A DNA stretch of 64,000 nt from contig JAHYJM010000002.1 of the NCBI GenBank assembly GCA_019428945.1, forward strand, positions 2,107 to 66,106, read 5' to 3'. Made by a program: the position numbers and the translations under genes. This document shows, one piece after another, positions 29,137-38,475 of this stretch. Numbering within the stretch: position 1 is the first letter of the stretch; each line of letters opens with the position of its first letter. Origin of the DNA: Bacillota bacterium (GTDB lineage Bacteria; Bacillota; Dethiobacteria; DTU022). The notes under the pieces were generated by a model. It was given only the letters and a program-made list of their open reading frames with translations, was not told the DNA's origin and made no database searches.

Positions 29137-30231
29137 TTACCTGGCGTTGTCAAAAGCTTTCGCGACTGCTGCCTGATAGCTCTCTACAGTAATCGTTACG
29201 GAAGAGGTTAATTCCGGCACATCGGGAACGCTCTGGTGAGCATCGTCAACCACTTTAACCTGGAGGCCCAAGACTTCGTCTACAGTCTTTCCTACCATCC
29301 AGTCTTCCAAAACAACCATTTGTTCATACCATTCCATTTCGATTTCAGAAACACGTTTCATGCCGTAATCATCGCCCAGCTGAACTTTGGTTTTCGGCGC
29401 TTCTGCGCGATCGGAAGTTACCTGGCCGTCAGCATCATAATTAACCCTGATCTGGGCATTATCAATCAATACACCGACGATCACACCGTTGGAATCAAAA
29501 GCAACAGCAGCCATCGTGTTGTCCATCTGTGCCATGGGAAGAATATCATTATCTTCATCAAGGCCTCTGGATTTGGCAATTGAAAGATCTGTGCCTAAAC
29601 CGGCTGTTACTGCGTTTTCAACTTCGACAGAGTTATTATAAGCACTTTCAACTGCTGCGATGTAATCTTCAACGGTGATTGTTACCAGCGAAGTAAGTTC
29701 CGGAATATCAGGGACGTTCTGATGAGCATCGTCAACAACCTTCACCTGCAGGCTCTTGATTTCATCTACAGTCTGACCGATCATCCAGCTTTCAAATTCA
29801 GCCATCTGCTCATACCATTCCATTTCGATTTCAGAAACACGTTTCATACCATAATCATCGCCAAGTTCGGCTTTGGTCAGAACCGGAGCAGTGAGATCTG
29901 TTGCAACCTGCATTTCCTCATCAAATGCAACTCTTGTCTGAGCATTGTTAATCGATACACTGACAACCCTGCCTTCAGCATCAAAAAGCACTGCTGCCAT
30001 AACTACATCGGCCTGGGCCTGAGCGGTAACATCATCGCCTGCATCTCTCGACTTGGCGATAGATGTAACTACTCCAAGACCTAATCTTGATGATCCTGTT
30101 TCAACAACTTCTTCTTCCGGGGTTTCTTCCGGAGCTTCTTCCGGGGCTTCCCCGGCGGGCGCATCCCCGCAGCCGGCTATCATAACCAGAGCCAGGGTAA
30201 GCACCAGGGCTAACCATAATACTTTTTTCAT
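29137..30231 (-). CDS. Lipoprotein built from two tandem duplicated domains of about 160 aa each, of unknown function.
   Basis: 364 aa. The lipobox is MIAGC, followed by a Pro/Glu-rich linker. The two repeats share ...LGDDYGMKRVSEIEMEWYEQM...VKVVDDAHQ(N/S)VPD(I/V)PELTS.VTITVE.Y.AAV. The DNA repeats (about 29160-29620 and 29640-30100) are nearly identical over stretches such as ccattccatttcgatttcagaaacacgtttcat. Confidence 0.6.
   Translation of the reverse strand: MKKVLWLALVLTLALVMIAGCGDAPAGEAPEEAPEETPEEEVVETGSSRLGLGVVTSIAKSRDAGDDVTAQAQADVVMAAVLFDAEGRVVSVSINNAQTRVAFDEEMQVATDLTAPVLTKAELGDDYGMKRVSEIEMEWYEQMAEFESWMIGQTVDEIKSLQVKVVDDAHQNVPDIPELTSLVTITVEDYIAAVESAYNNSVEVENAVTAGLGTDLSIAKSRGLDEDNDILPMAQMDNTMAAVAFDSNGVIVGVLIDNAQIRVNYDADGQVTSDRAEAPKTKVQLGDDYGMKRVSEIEMEWYEQMVVLEDWMVGKTVDEVLGLQVKVVDDAHQSVPDVPELTSSVTITVESYQAAVAKAFDNAR
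29150..30110. repeat. Intragenic tandem duplication, two units of about 480 bp, inside the lipoprotein gene.
   Basis: The antisense ORFs 29236-29583 and 29722-30084 translate to near-identical peptides, MSIVNHFNLEAQDF.. and MSIVNNLHLQALDF... This reflects the direct repeat. Confidence 0.7.
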
Positions 30232-30409
30232 TAAATTACCTCCTCATAAAAATAACAGTTAGAGAATTTATTCACATTCCAAATTAATTGAAAATGAATA
30301 AGATTAAATCTACCTGTTTTATACAGTTTTAATTTTACTACATAACCATAACCAGGTCAAGCACTTCGAAATAATATATGTGATTAGCACGTGATAATAC
30401 ATTGAAATA

Positions 30410-30438
30410 TTGACAGATGTTCATTTATATCCTATTAT
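30410..30438 (+). promoter_or_regulatory. Sigma-A-type promoter upstream of the ferredoxin gene.
   Basis: TTGACA (30410-30415), a 17 bp spacer, then TATTAT(AAT). A GAGGTG RBS sits 8 nt before the ATG at 30486. Confidence 0.45.
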
Positions 30439-30485
30439 TATAATATTGGAATATAAGATATGAATTTGTTACGAGGTGCAACCAG

Positions 30486-30692
30486 ATGCCAAACTCAATG
30501 ATAACCCTAAATTACCAGAAATGCCGACCTGACCTCTGCAACAGCGGTTATTGCACTGCAATACCGGCATGCCCACTGAAGCTGATTGAGCAGGAAGAAA
30601 AATACGGATTCCCCATGACAAATTCAGCTGTTTGCAAAGGCTGTGCAAAATGTGTGACCGCCTGTCCTTTTAAAGCAATAACCCTATCCTGA
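30486..30692 (+). CDS. Small ferredoxin-like protein with Cys clusters.
   Basis: 68 aa. CRPDLCNSGYCTAIPACP and CKGCAKCVTACP form two Cys-rich clusters typical of 4Fe-4S ferredoxins. Confidence 0.65.
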   Translation: MPNSMITLNYQKCRPDLCNSGYCTAIPACPLKLIEQEEKYGFPMTNSAVCKGCAKCVTACPFKAITLS

Positions 30693-30749
30693 ATAGTTTA
30701 ATTAACGTGATTTCATTTAAACAACCAGAAATAATTGACAGATAAAAGC

Positions 30750-31697
30750 CTATTTTAACCAGGGCAGGTTGTCAAGATCAGCATTTCCACCCGAGAGTAT
30801 TAGCCCCATTTTGGAACCCTTTATCTCAGTGCGTTTAGCCAGCAGCACAGCTAAGGTAACTGCAGCAGAGGGTTCGACAATAATTTTCATTCTTTCCCAG
30901 ATCATTCTCATTGCTTCGATAATTGCAGGTTCCGTTGCTGTCAATATCGCTGCAACATGCTTTTTTATGATGGGAAACGTTAACTCGCCAAGCGATGTCC
31001 TGAGCCCATCGGCGATAGTATCCGGTTTTTCAACAGGAATGATTTTCCCTGCCTGCAGGGATCTGAAAGCATCATCTGCTTCAAGTGGTTCAGCTCCGAT
31101 TACAGTCAGATCAGGTTTGAGTCCGGAGATTGCCAGACCAGTTCCGCTTAAAAGGCCACCACCGCCTACCGGAGCTATAACTGTATCGAGATCCGGTACC
31201 TGTTCCAACAGTTCAAGTACAGCTGTGCCCTGGCCGGCGATGACAGCATGATTGTCATAGGGGTGGATAAATATTGCACCGGTTCGCTTAATCAATTGAT
31301 CCAATGCCTCTTCACGAGCCTTCTGAGTCGGGGCGCAGTAGGTTATTTCTGCGCCATAGCCGGCTACTGCCGTTTTCTTAACAGCCGGAGCGTTATCAGG
31401 CATAACCACAAACGCTTTAATCCCTCGGCATCTTGCTGCATAGGCAAGTGCCGCAGCATGATTACCTGAGGAGTGGGTTGCAACCCCCTGCCGGACCTCT
31501 TTCTCATTCAGACTGAAAACAGCATTAACCGCTCCCCTGGCCTTAAATGCTCCCACCTTCTGCATATTCTCTGCTTTAAAAAAAAGCTCAGCCTGACAAA
31601 TACTGTTCAACGTAGTAGAAGTATAGACAGGAGTATGGTGCACATATGAATCAATTCTTACTGCAGCTTCCTTGATTTCTGCAAATGAGGGCATCAC
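30750..31697 (-). CDS. PLP-dependent (fold type II) serine/threonine dehydratase-family enzyme (serine racemase / threonine ammonia-lyase-like).
   Basis: 315 aa. ENMQKVGAFKARGA contains the PLP-lysine motif, and the glycine-rich loop VGGGGLLSG is present. Confidence 0.8.
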   Translation of the reverse strand: MMPSFAEIKEAAVRIDSYVHHTPVYTSTTLNSICQAELFFKAENMQKVGAFKARGAVNAVFSLNEKEVRQGVATHSSGNHAAALAYAARCRGIKAFVVMPDNAPAVKKTAVAGYGAEITYCAPTQKAREEALDQLIKRTGAIFIHPYDNHAVIAGQGTAVLELLEQVPDLDTVIAPVGGGGLLSGTGLAISGLKPDLTVIGAEPLEADDAFRSLQAGKIIPVEKPDTIADGLRTSLGELTFPIIKKHVAAILTATEPAIIEAMRMIWERMKIIVEPSAAVTLAVLLAKRTEIKGSKMGLILSGGNADLDNLPWLK

Positions 31698-31924
31698 ATT
31701 TATAACCCTTCTTCCCTGACAAAATTTGATAAAAGGATTATAGCAGATTGCAGCTTGTTAAGACCAACATAATGATTGTTAAGTAGAGCAGGACAGGCAG
31801 GGATAAATATATAAGCTTATTTAGGATCTTAAATCTCTTCCTGAGTTACACAATCGAAGCAGTGTCAGTTAAATGTGGAGGAGGCAAACAGGTCTCTTCC
31901 ACATGTTTGTAGATGCGGCTTATT

Positions 31925-32905
31925 TTAGCGGTTAAGCGCTTCTTTGGAAACAAAATGAGGCTTCATTTCAAGAGTATGGGTAGCATAAATATTACGGATT
32001 GTTTTTGTAATTCCACGCATAACAAGAGAATGAGTATCTGCTGTGGCGCCTCGATAACGAACCCCGTGAAGCATATCGCCATCTGTAATGCCAGTGGCAG
32101 CAAAAAAGATATCGTCACCCTCAACCAAATCTTCAAGGAGCAGTAACTTACCTGAGCAGAGGTGATCTTTGCAATAAATACTGTTTAAATCTTCATCCTT
32201 CGGGATAAGCCGACCCTGAATTTCGCCTCCCAGTATTTTCATAGCAACTGCTGAGATAACACCTTCCGGCGCTCCGCCAATGCCAAATAGTATATCTACT
32301 CCGGTATTGTTTATCGCAGTTGAAATTGCAGCGGAAACATCACCATCAGATATAAGTTTAACCCTGGCTCCGGCTTCACGAATTTCAGCTATTAACTGCT
32401 TGTGCCGCGGTCTGTCAAGAATAATTGCCGTTAAATCAGGCACATCACGTTTAAGGGCCTTTGCCACTTCCTTAAGATTATCTGCCACCGAAGCATCAAG
32501 ATTGATACAACCTCTGGCTTTAGGCCCAACAGCGATCTTATCCATGTAAAAAACATCCGGAGCATGAAGAAGGTGCCCCTTGGGCGCCACCGCCATAACC
32601 GAAAGTGCATTTGGCAGGCCCCTGGCAACAAGGTTTGTTCCTTCAAGCGGGTCCACGGCTACATCAACTGAGGGATTATCATCGATACCAACCTTTTCAC
32701 CTATATATAACATGGGAGCCTCGTCTTTCTCTCCCTCACCAATCACCACAGTTCCATTTATATGCACAGTGTCAAATACAGCACGCATGGCATCTACAGC
32801 AGCCTGATCTGCAGCTTCTTTATCACCACGACCCATCAGACGGCCCGACGCAAGAGCCGCAGCTTCAGTTACCCGGACAAATTCCAATGACAATTCACGT
32901 TCCAT
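31925..32905 (-). CDS. glpX: Fructose-1,6-bisphosphatase class II.
   Basis: 326 aa. [29 protein letters not shown]...[20 protein letters not shown]...IGGAPEGV is collinear with E. coli GlpX. Confidence 0.9.
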   Translation of the reverse strand: MERELSLEFVRVTEAAALASGRLMGRGDKEAADQAAVDAMRAVFDTVHINGTVVIGEGEKDEAPMLYIGEKVGIDDNPSVDVAVDPLEGTNLVARGLPNALSVMAVAPKGHLLHAPDVFYMDKIAVGPKARGCINLDASVADNLKEVAKALKRDVPDLTAIILDRPRHKQLIAEIREAGARVKLISDGDVSAAISTAINNTGVDILFGIGGAPEGVISAVAMKILGGEIQGRLIPKDEDLNSIYCKDHLCSGKLLLLEDLVEGDDIFFAATGITDGDMLHGVRYRGATADTHSLVMRGITKTIRNIYATHTLEMKPHFVSKEALNR

Positions 32906-32957
32906 TTGTTACCCCCCGTTTCACTAATACTGTAATACTTAACCGAACACTGGCCTT

Positions 32958-34175
32958 TTAAAGACTTTCACGATCCATCGGCATGCTCATACAGCGGGGG
33001 CCGCCACGCCCCCTCACTAATTCAGAACCGTCAATTTCTATAACATCGACACCATGTTTTCGCAGAGTGTCGTTAGTTGCTTCATTCCGATCGTAACAAA
33101 TTACCGTTCCCGGCTTAATAGCAAGGGTGTTGGTGCTGTCGCCCCACTGCTCCCTGGCAGCCGTGATTTCGTCATTGGCTCCTGAATATATGATGTCTAC
33201 ATTTTTAAGGTTCAGAGCTTTCCTTAATGCTCCCTGCAGACTGTATCCGTTAGTTGCATTGACCCTGCTATTTGTGCCTCTGTCCAACCAATAAATATTA
33301 ACCTGGTCTTTTACGCCTGGATACATGAGGAATTTATCAATGTCTACCATTGTAAAGACAGTGTCCAGGTGCATGTAAGCTCTTCTTGAGGGAATCTGAA
33401 CTACTATAATTTGCTTCACCAGTTCTTTCTCTATAATATACTTGTGCGCTATCCATTCAATTGCTTCTTCTGTAGTTCTCTCGCTCAAACCAATTATAAG
33501 GGTTTCACTGTTTAAAACAAATATATCTCCGCCTTCAACTCCGTAAGGAATCTCCTCATGAAAGGTAAGTTCCACATCCCTGAATAATGGATGGTATTTC
33601 TGAATCATTCTCAGAAATATGGTTTCCAGCCTGCGGGCGGGCAGAAACATGCTGCTGACCTGCAATTTGCTGCCGATCATTGACCCGTGATCCCTCGTAA
33701 AATACATATTCGGCAGGGGCGCCAGGTAAAAGGGGTAGCTGTCCAGAGTTAAATCGCTTAGTGAAGTATATTTTTTAAGGTGCTGTACTTCCTGTTTCGA
33801 AAGCCCGGCGATTATTTTCGAAACAAGTTCCTCGGAAGATAGCTCATTAAGGTATTGGTAAATTGTATCAAGTACATCAGGTTCAATAAGCGGGCTTGCC
33901 TTAAGATGCCGCTTAATCAGTTCACTTTTCACTTCAGGATCCTGAACGATATCCATTAACATATTCCCAACGTAATAGACCTCAACTCCGTTATTTTGCA
34001 GAGCACCTGCAAAACCGTCATGCTCGAGCTGGGCTTTGGCCAGCCATGGAATCTCATCAAAAAGTAAGTCTTCCAGGTAACGTGGTGTTAAATTTTCCAG
34101 TTCAAGGCCTGGCCTGTGCAGCAGCACTTTTTTTAAAGGCCCGACTTCCGACCACAATTTTATCGCCTTTTTCAC
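32958..34175 (-). CDS. arcA: Arginine deiminase.
   Basis: 405 aa. ...GPLKKVLLHRPG.E.ENLTP...HLDTVFTMVD.DKF...SELVRGRGGPRCMSMP(M)DRE includes the catalytic Cys motif. Confidence 0.9.
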   Translation of the reverse strand: MKKAIKLWSEVGPLKKVLLHRPGLELENLTPRYLEDLLFDEIPWLAKAQLEHDGFAGALQNNGVEVYYVGNMLMDIVQDPEVKSELIKRHLKASPLIEPDVLDTIYQYLNELSSEELVSKIIAGLSKQEVQHLKKYTSLSDLTLDSYPFYLAPLPNMYFTRDHGSMIGSKLQVSSMFLPARRLETIFLRMIQKYHPLFRDVELTFHEEIPYGVEGGDIFVLNSETLIIGLSERTTEEAIEWIAHKYIIEKELVKQIIVVQIPSRRAYMHLDTVFTMVDIDKFLMYPGVKDQVNIYWLDRGTNSRVNATNGYSLQGALRKALNLKNVDIIYSGANDEITAAREQWGDSTNTLAIKPGTVICYDRNEATNDTLRKHGVDVIEIDGSELVRGRGGPRCMSMPMDRESL

Positions 34176-34478
34176 CTTGTTCCCTCCTGAAAAAGTAATA
34201 TTAAACTATTCGCCAATTCTACTTTGTTTACCTGTATTTTTTTCATTGAAATTTGATTTTTCAGCCTGCTTGCATTATTGTCGATTATATGTTATTGTTT
34301 GATGTGGTATTCGTGAGATAGAAGCGTGGATAAAACGATGGAAGCAGGGGGTATTTCCGTTCGTTATGGAAATGCCCTTATTTTATAAATACATACAAAT
34401 TAAACCGGATAGTTTTATACATTCATGCCGGTAAAATTATGAACAACAAATACAGCATTTGAAGGGATTTAATATTTA

Positions 34479-35918
34479 ATGTCAACTTTTTACGAGTTTG
34501 GAATAAGTGAAGAATTAATCAGAGCTACCACTGGTATGGGGTTTGAAGAGGCTACAGCAATTCAGGAACTGGCTATTCCTATCGCCATGGAAGGCCGTGA
34601 TATAATCGGGCAGGCTCAGACAGGCACCGGTAAAACCGCTGCTTTCGGTATTCCGATGATTGAGAGATGTCGTCCAGAACAAGGTCCTGTTCAGGGGCTT
34701 GTTATAACCCCGACAAGAGAACTGGCCGTTCAGGTTGCCGAAGAGCTGAATACTCTGGGCCAGTATAAGAAAATAAAGTCTCTTCCTATATATGGCGGGC
34801 AGGAGATCGTACGTCAGATAAAAGCGCTGAAAAACAAACCACAGATAATTGTGGCTACCCCGGGCCGCCTGATGGATCACATGCGCAGAAAGCTTATTCG
34901 GCTGCAAAATCTTTCGGTTGTTGTGCTGGACGAAGCTGATGAAATGCTGAACATGGGATTCAGGGAAGATATCGAAGATATCCTGTCCGAAGCGCCCACT
35001 GACAGGCATACAATGCTTTTTTCTGCAACAATGCCGCAGCCGATTCAGGATTTGGCTCGCCGGTACATGCGTGAACCTGAGTTCATCAGGATCAAAACCA
35101 AAGAAATTACCGTACCAAACACTGAACAGCACTATTACCAGGTACATGAAAGAGAAAAATTTGACGCCCTGTGTCGATTGCTCGACCTTCATTCACCTGA
35201 AGCAGCGATAATATTTGCCCGAACTAAACGCAGGGTCGATGAAATACTGGAAGCCCTGAGTAAACGAGGCTACTCGGCTGAAGCTATCCATGGAGATTTA
35301 ACCCAATCAAAGAGAGACAGTGTAATGCGCAAGTTTAAAAACGGGGTGACGGAAATACTTGTCGCAACTGATGTGGCAGCCCGGGGTCTTGATATCGGCT
35401 CGGTTACCCATGTATATAATTTTGATATCCCCCAGGATCCTGACAGCTATGTACACCGAATCGGCCGTACCGGCAGAGTCGGCCGTGCCGGCATGGCTAC
35501 AACTTTTGTGCTGCCCCGCGAACTTGATCACCTCGAACTAATCGAGCGCACTATCAGAAGAAAAATAGTACGTCAATCGGTACCGACCCTGGACGAAACA
35601 ATCAGAGGCCAGCAGCGTCTCACCGCAGAGAAACTGCTTCAGGTTATTGAAGAAGGTGAACATCAGCTTTATAAGGAAGCAGCACGTGAATTGCTGGAAA
35701 GCGCTTCTGCTTCGTCGCTTCTGGCAGCAGCGCTTAAGCTGCTTACCAAGGAGCCCGACCTGACTCCTGTCAGCATTACAGCCGACCAGAACTGGTCGCC
35801 CAAGAAAAGACCGATAGCAAGACAGGAACGCGGCAGTTACCGCCAAAAACAGGCGGGGAGCAAAAGCCGAGGAGGATACAAGGGACACAGTAAAAGCCGA
35901 AAATATACGAATAAATGA
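34479..35918 (+). CDS. cshA: DEAD-box ATP-dependent RNA helicase (CshA/DeaD-like) with a basic RG/K-rich C-terminal tail.
   Basis: 479 aa. The Q-motif is GFEEATAIQ, motif I is AQTGTGKT, motif II is DEAD (VLDEADEML), and SAT and HRIGRTGR are also present. Confidence 0.9.
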   Translation: MSTFYEFGISEELIRATTGMGFEEATAIQELAIPIAMEGRDIIGQAQTGTGKTAAFGIPMIERCRPEQGPVQGLVITPTRELAVQVAEELNTLGQYKKIKSLPIYGGQEIVRQIKALKNKPQIIVATPGRLMDHMRRKLIRLQNLSVVVLDEADEMLNMGFREDIEDILSEAPTDRHTMLFSATMPQPIQDLARRYMREPEFIRIKTKEITVPNTEQHYYQVHEREKFDALCRLLDLHSPEAAIIFARTKRRVDEILEALSKRGYSAEAIHGDLTQSKRDSVMRKFKNGVTEILVATDVAARGLDIGSVTHVYNFDIPQDPDSYVHRIGRTGRVGRAGMATTFVLPRELDHLELIERTIRRKIVRQSVPTLDETIRGQQRLTAEKLLQVIEEGEHQLYKEAARELLESASASSLLAAALKLLTKEPDLTPVSITADQNWSPKKRPIARQERGSYRQKQAGSKSRGGYKGHSKSRKYTNK

Positions 35919-35922
35919 TCAA

Positions 35923-35968
35923 ATAACTCAAATTAGTGTCTGACACCAATTTGAGTTATTTTGAAACA
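35923..35968. repeat. Copy B of the ~42 bp palindromic element, immediately upstream of the enoyl-CoA hydratase gene.
   Basis: aaataactcaaattagtgtctgacaccaatttgagttatttt is a 42 bp palindrome with one mismatch, centred on TCTGA. Confidence 0.5.
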
Positions 35969-35980
35969 GGGGGAAGATTT

Positions 35981-36757
35981 ATGACTGATAACAAGCCGGT
36001 CATATTAAGTGTCAAAGATACGATAGCCACCGTAACTCTGAACCGGCCCGAAAAGGCCAATGCTTTTGACGGTGAAATGTGGATAGCCCTGGAAGAAACC
36101 GCAAATATGATTAAACTCGATCCGAAAATAAAAGTTGTTATTCTCACCGGCTCGGGAAAATCATTTTGTGGGGGACTTGATATCAACAAGGCTCTTACTG
36201 AAGGGATCTTTCTTGGAGACCGAACCTTCAGACCCGGCTTTGAAAGTCTGCAATATGTAAGCAGGGTATTTACAATGTTCGAACAGTTACCTGTCCCGGT
36301 AATAGCAGCTGTAAATGGAGGCTGCATCGGACTGGGCTTTGAGCTGGCACTTGCCTGCGATATAAGGCTGGCTTCAGACGATGCCATTTTTTCCATACCT
36401 GAAGTGACCTTTGGCCTAGTGCCCGACTGCGGCGGAACTCAGCGTCTGCCGCGACTGATAGGACCGGCAATGGCCAAAGAACTTATCTTTACCGGACGCC
36501 GGATTGACGCGGCCGAAGCTCTCAGGATCAAACTTGTAAATCACCTCTACCCTGCCGGGGAACTGCTTGACGAAGCAGAAAATTTAGCGGCAGAGATTGC
36601 AGCAAATCCTGTTGAGGCCGTGCAGGCTTCAAAGCGCTGCCTGAACGTGTCAATGAACAGCACTCTTGAAACAGGCTTGCAATTTGAGACAGCTTCGGCT
36701 GAAACAGTTCTGGGTGAAAAAGTAAAAGAGCTTATCCATTCAGAAAGTGCAAAATAA
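35981..36757 (+). CDS. Enoyl-CoA hydratase/isomerase (crotonase family).
   Basis: ATVTLNRPEKANAFDGEMWIALEE...VILTGSGKSFCGGLDI is the crotonase signature. The ORF track starts at 35936. A GGGGGAAG RBS favours the ATG at 35981 (MTDNKP...). Confidence 0.8.
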   Translation: MTDNKPVILSVKDTIATVTLNRPEKANAFDGEMWIALEETANMIKLDPKIKVVILTGSGKSFCGGLDINKALTEGIFLGDRTFRPGFESLQYVSRVFTMFEQLPVPVIAAVNGGCIGLGFELALACDIRLASDDAIFSIPEVTFGLVPDCGGTQRLPRLIGPAMAKELIFTGRRIDAAEALRIKLVNHLYPAGELLDEAENLAAEIAANPVEAVQASKRCLNVSMNSTLETGLQFETASAETVLGEKVKELIHSESAK

Positions 36758-36896
36758 AAGCACCTGTTACAACTTCTAAGATTAGGATAGCCCTTTATTT
36801 TTCTGTAAGAAATTCAATAAATCATATAACATATTAGATAGTTAAAGTTACCAGGCTAAGAATTGGAAGCTACACAAGGCTATAGTATCCTCTTAA

Positions 36897-37367
36897 TCAT
36901 CTGACAAAACTACCGATTAAGGCAGATGCGGCTTTCTTCAGATCTTCAGGGGCAATTTCTATTTGCACTCCTCTGGTACCGGCACTAATAATAACAGAAT
37001 CAAACCGGAAAACATTTTCATCAAGATAATATTCGTAGCTGTTTTTTAACCCAAGGGGAGAGACAGCGCCCCTGATATAACCGGTTAGCAGCTTCACTTC
37101 TTTCAAAGAAACCATTTCTACTTTTTTATTTCCGCTCACCCGGGCAAAAGCTTTGAGATCCAATTCTCTGCCTCCCGGAATAGAAACAATAACTACACCG
37201 CCCTTGTCGCCACGAACAACCAGGGTTTTAAAGACCTGATCTACAGGCAACTCCAGCCTTAGAGCAGCATTTTCTGCGCTTAAGTCGCTTTCATCAATAG
37301 AAAATTCCCTCAGCTTGTAGGGAACATTAAGGCTTTCCAGAATCCGGATTGCATTAGTTTTTTTCAT
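36897..37367 (-). CDS. ybaK: Cys-tRNA(Pro)/Cys-tRNA(Cys) deacylase (YbaK/EbsC family).
   Basis: 156 aa. MKKTNAIRILESLNVPYKLREF...FKTLVV... This is the standalone YbaK-type INS-like editing domain. Confidence 0.75.
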   Translation of the reverse strand: MKKTNAIRILESLNVPYKLREFSIDESDLSAENAALRLELPVDQVFKTLVVRGDKGGVVIVSIPGGRELDLKAFARVSGNKKVEMVSLKEVKLLTGYIRGAVSPLGLKNSYEYYLDENVFRFDSVIISAGTRGVQIEIAPEDLKKAASALIGSFVR

Positions 37368-38333
37368 TTACAACCCCCGCAAGTATTCACTTTTTAGAGA
37401 TCTGGAAGACTTTGAGGATATTACACTGTTAAGCATGTTCAGCAGCGATTCTTTATCCCGGGAAAGTGTCGCCTTCAGCGGCAGGTAGTTAGATGCATGA
37501 TTAGCTCGAAAAACTGATTTTGTCAGTTCAAGTCTTTCTACGATCATTTTAATTTCTTCCAATAGCTGCCATGAATTTAAAGGGGTTAATAACCCTTCTT
37601 CAAATGCCCTGTGCATAGAAGTGCCTGGTACGCTGATCAAACTGAGCAGTCCAATGTAGTCGGGATCAATTTTATTTAACAATGCTGCAGTAGCCAGAGC
37701 GTGTTCTTCTGAACCTTCAAGACCGGCAAGGCCGTTTAATACTGTAATCGACAGAGGTATTCCCGCCTCCTTAACTCTTGATGCAGCTTCTGTCATTTCA
37801 TCTGGCGTTACTCCTTTATTAACCGATTTAAGCACAGAGGCGCTGCCGCTTTCTACACCAAGGTAAATCATCCCCAGCTTATTCGTTTTCAGTTCAATTA
37901 ACTCCTTGACACTTTTCTGCAGGAGATCCTGGGGATTACCATAGAGCGAAACCCGCTCCAGGTCGGGGAACGCTTGGTTTAGCAAATCAAGCAATTTGAT
38001 CAGTTTTTCCGAGGAGACAGCCAGTGCATTGCCATCTGCCAGAAATACCCTTCGGGTGCGGGGGAAATTACCTGAAGTAAGAGCAATATCGCTTTTTAAC
38101 TCCTCCAGTGAACGTTCCCGGTATTTTTTCTTTTTATACATGGCGCAAAAGCTGCACCGGTTATGTGAACAGCCGATCGTAGCCTGTAATATCAAACTGC
38201 TTGCTTCACTGGGCGGCCTGTAAAGATCGCCCTCGTATTTCAGGGGAAACATAAAATCAACCTTTCCGACAGGAATAAATGTGTATTCAGGGTTTAATGG
38301 TTTCATATTATTACAGCATGATAATAATGTCAA
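37368..38333 (-). CDS. Radical SAM protein of the TIGR01212 (YhcC / Elp3-N-terminal-like) family.
   Basis: CSHNRCSFCAM is the CxxxCxxC motif. The size is about 310 aa. The stop abuts the ybaK start (TAAATG). The start is possibly the internal Met at 38306 (MKPLNPEY). Confidence 0.7.
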   Translation of the reverse strand: MTLLSCCNNMKPLNPEYTFIPVGKVDFMFPLKYEGDLYRPPSEASSLILQATIGCSHNRCSFCAMYKKKKYRERSLEELKSDIALTSGNFPRTRRVFLADGNALAVSSEKLIKLLDLLNQAFPDLERVSLYGNPQDLLQKSVKELIELKTNKLGMIYLGVESGSASVLKSVNKGVTPDEMTEAASRVKEAGIPLSITVLNGLAGLEGSEEHALATAALLNKIDPDYIGLLSLISVPGTSMHRAFEEGLLTPLNSWQLLEEIKMIVERLELTKSVFRANHASNYLPLKATLSRDKESLLNMLNSVISSKSSRSLKSEYLRGL

Positions 38334-38475
38334 ATTTATGCAATTTAATTGCGTCCGTCATTTTAACCCTTTGAAAGGGATGCGATCTTCTATTACGGGT
38401 CAACAAAAGCGCCTTATGTGCTATAATCGATTGTAATTGATCTTTTCAGGCCAAATTGAACAACAGGTGTAAATA

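Noticed and set aside
29236-30084. Two similar antisense ORFs (115 and 120 aa) opposite the lipoprotein gene, and the ~480 bp DNA repeat.
   Set aside because: They are mirror images of an in-frame intragenic tandem duplication of the lipoprotein gene. They are not independent genes and not a CRISPR-like array: there are only two long units and no spacers.
30380-30410. A possible Fur/PerR box (GTGATAATACATTGAAATATT) upstream of the ferredoxin promoter.
   Set aside because: Only the left half-site (TGATAAT) matches the 7-1-7 Fur consensus. The right half is poor, so it is most likely just AT-rich promoter DNA.
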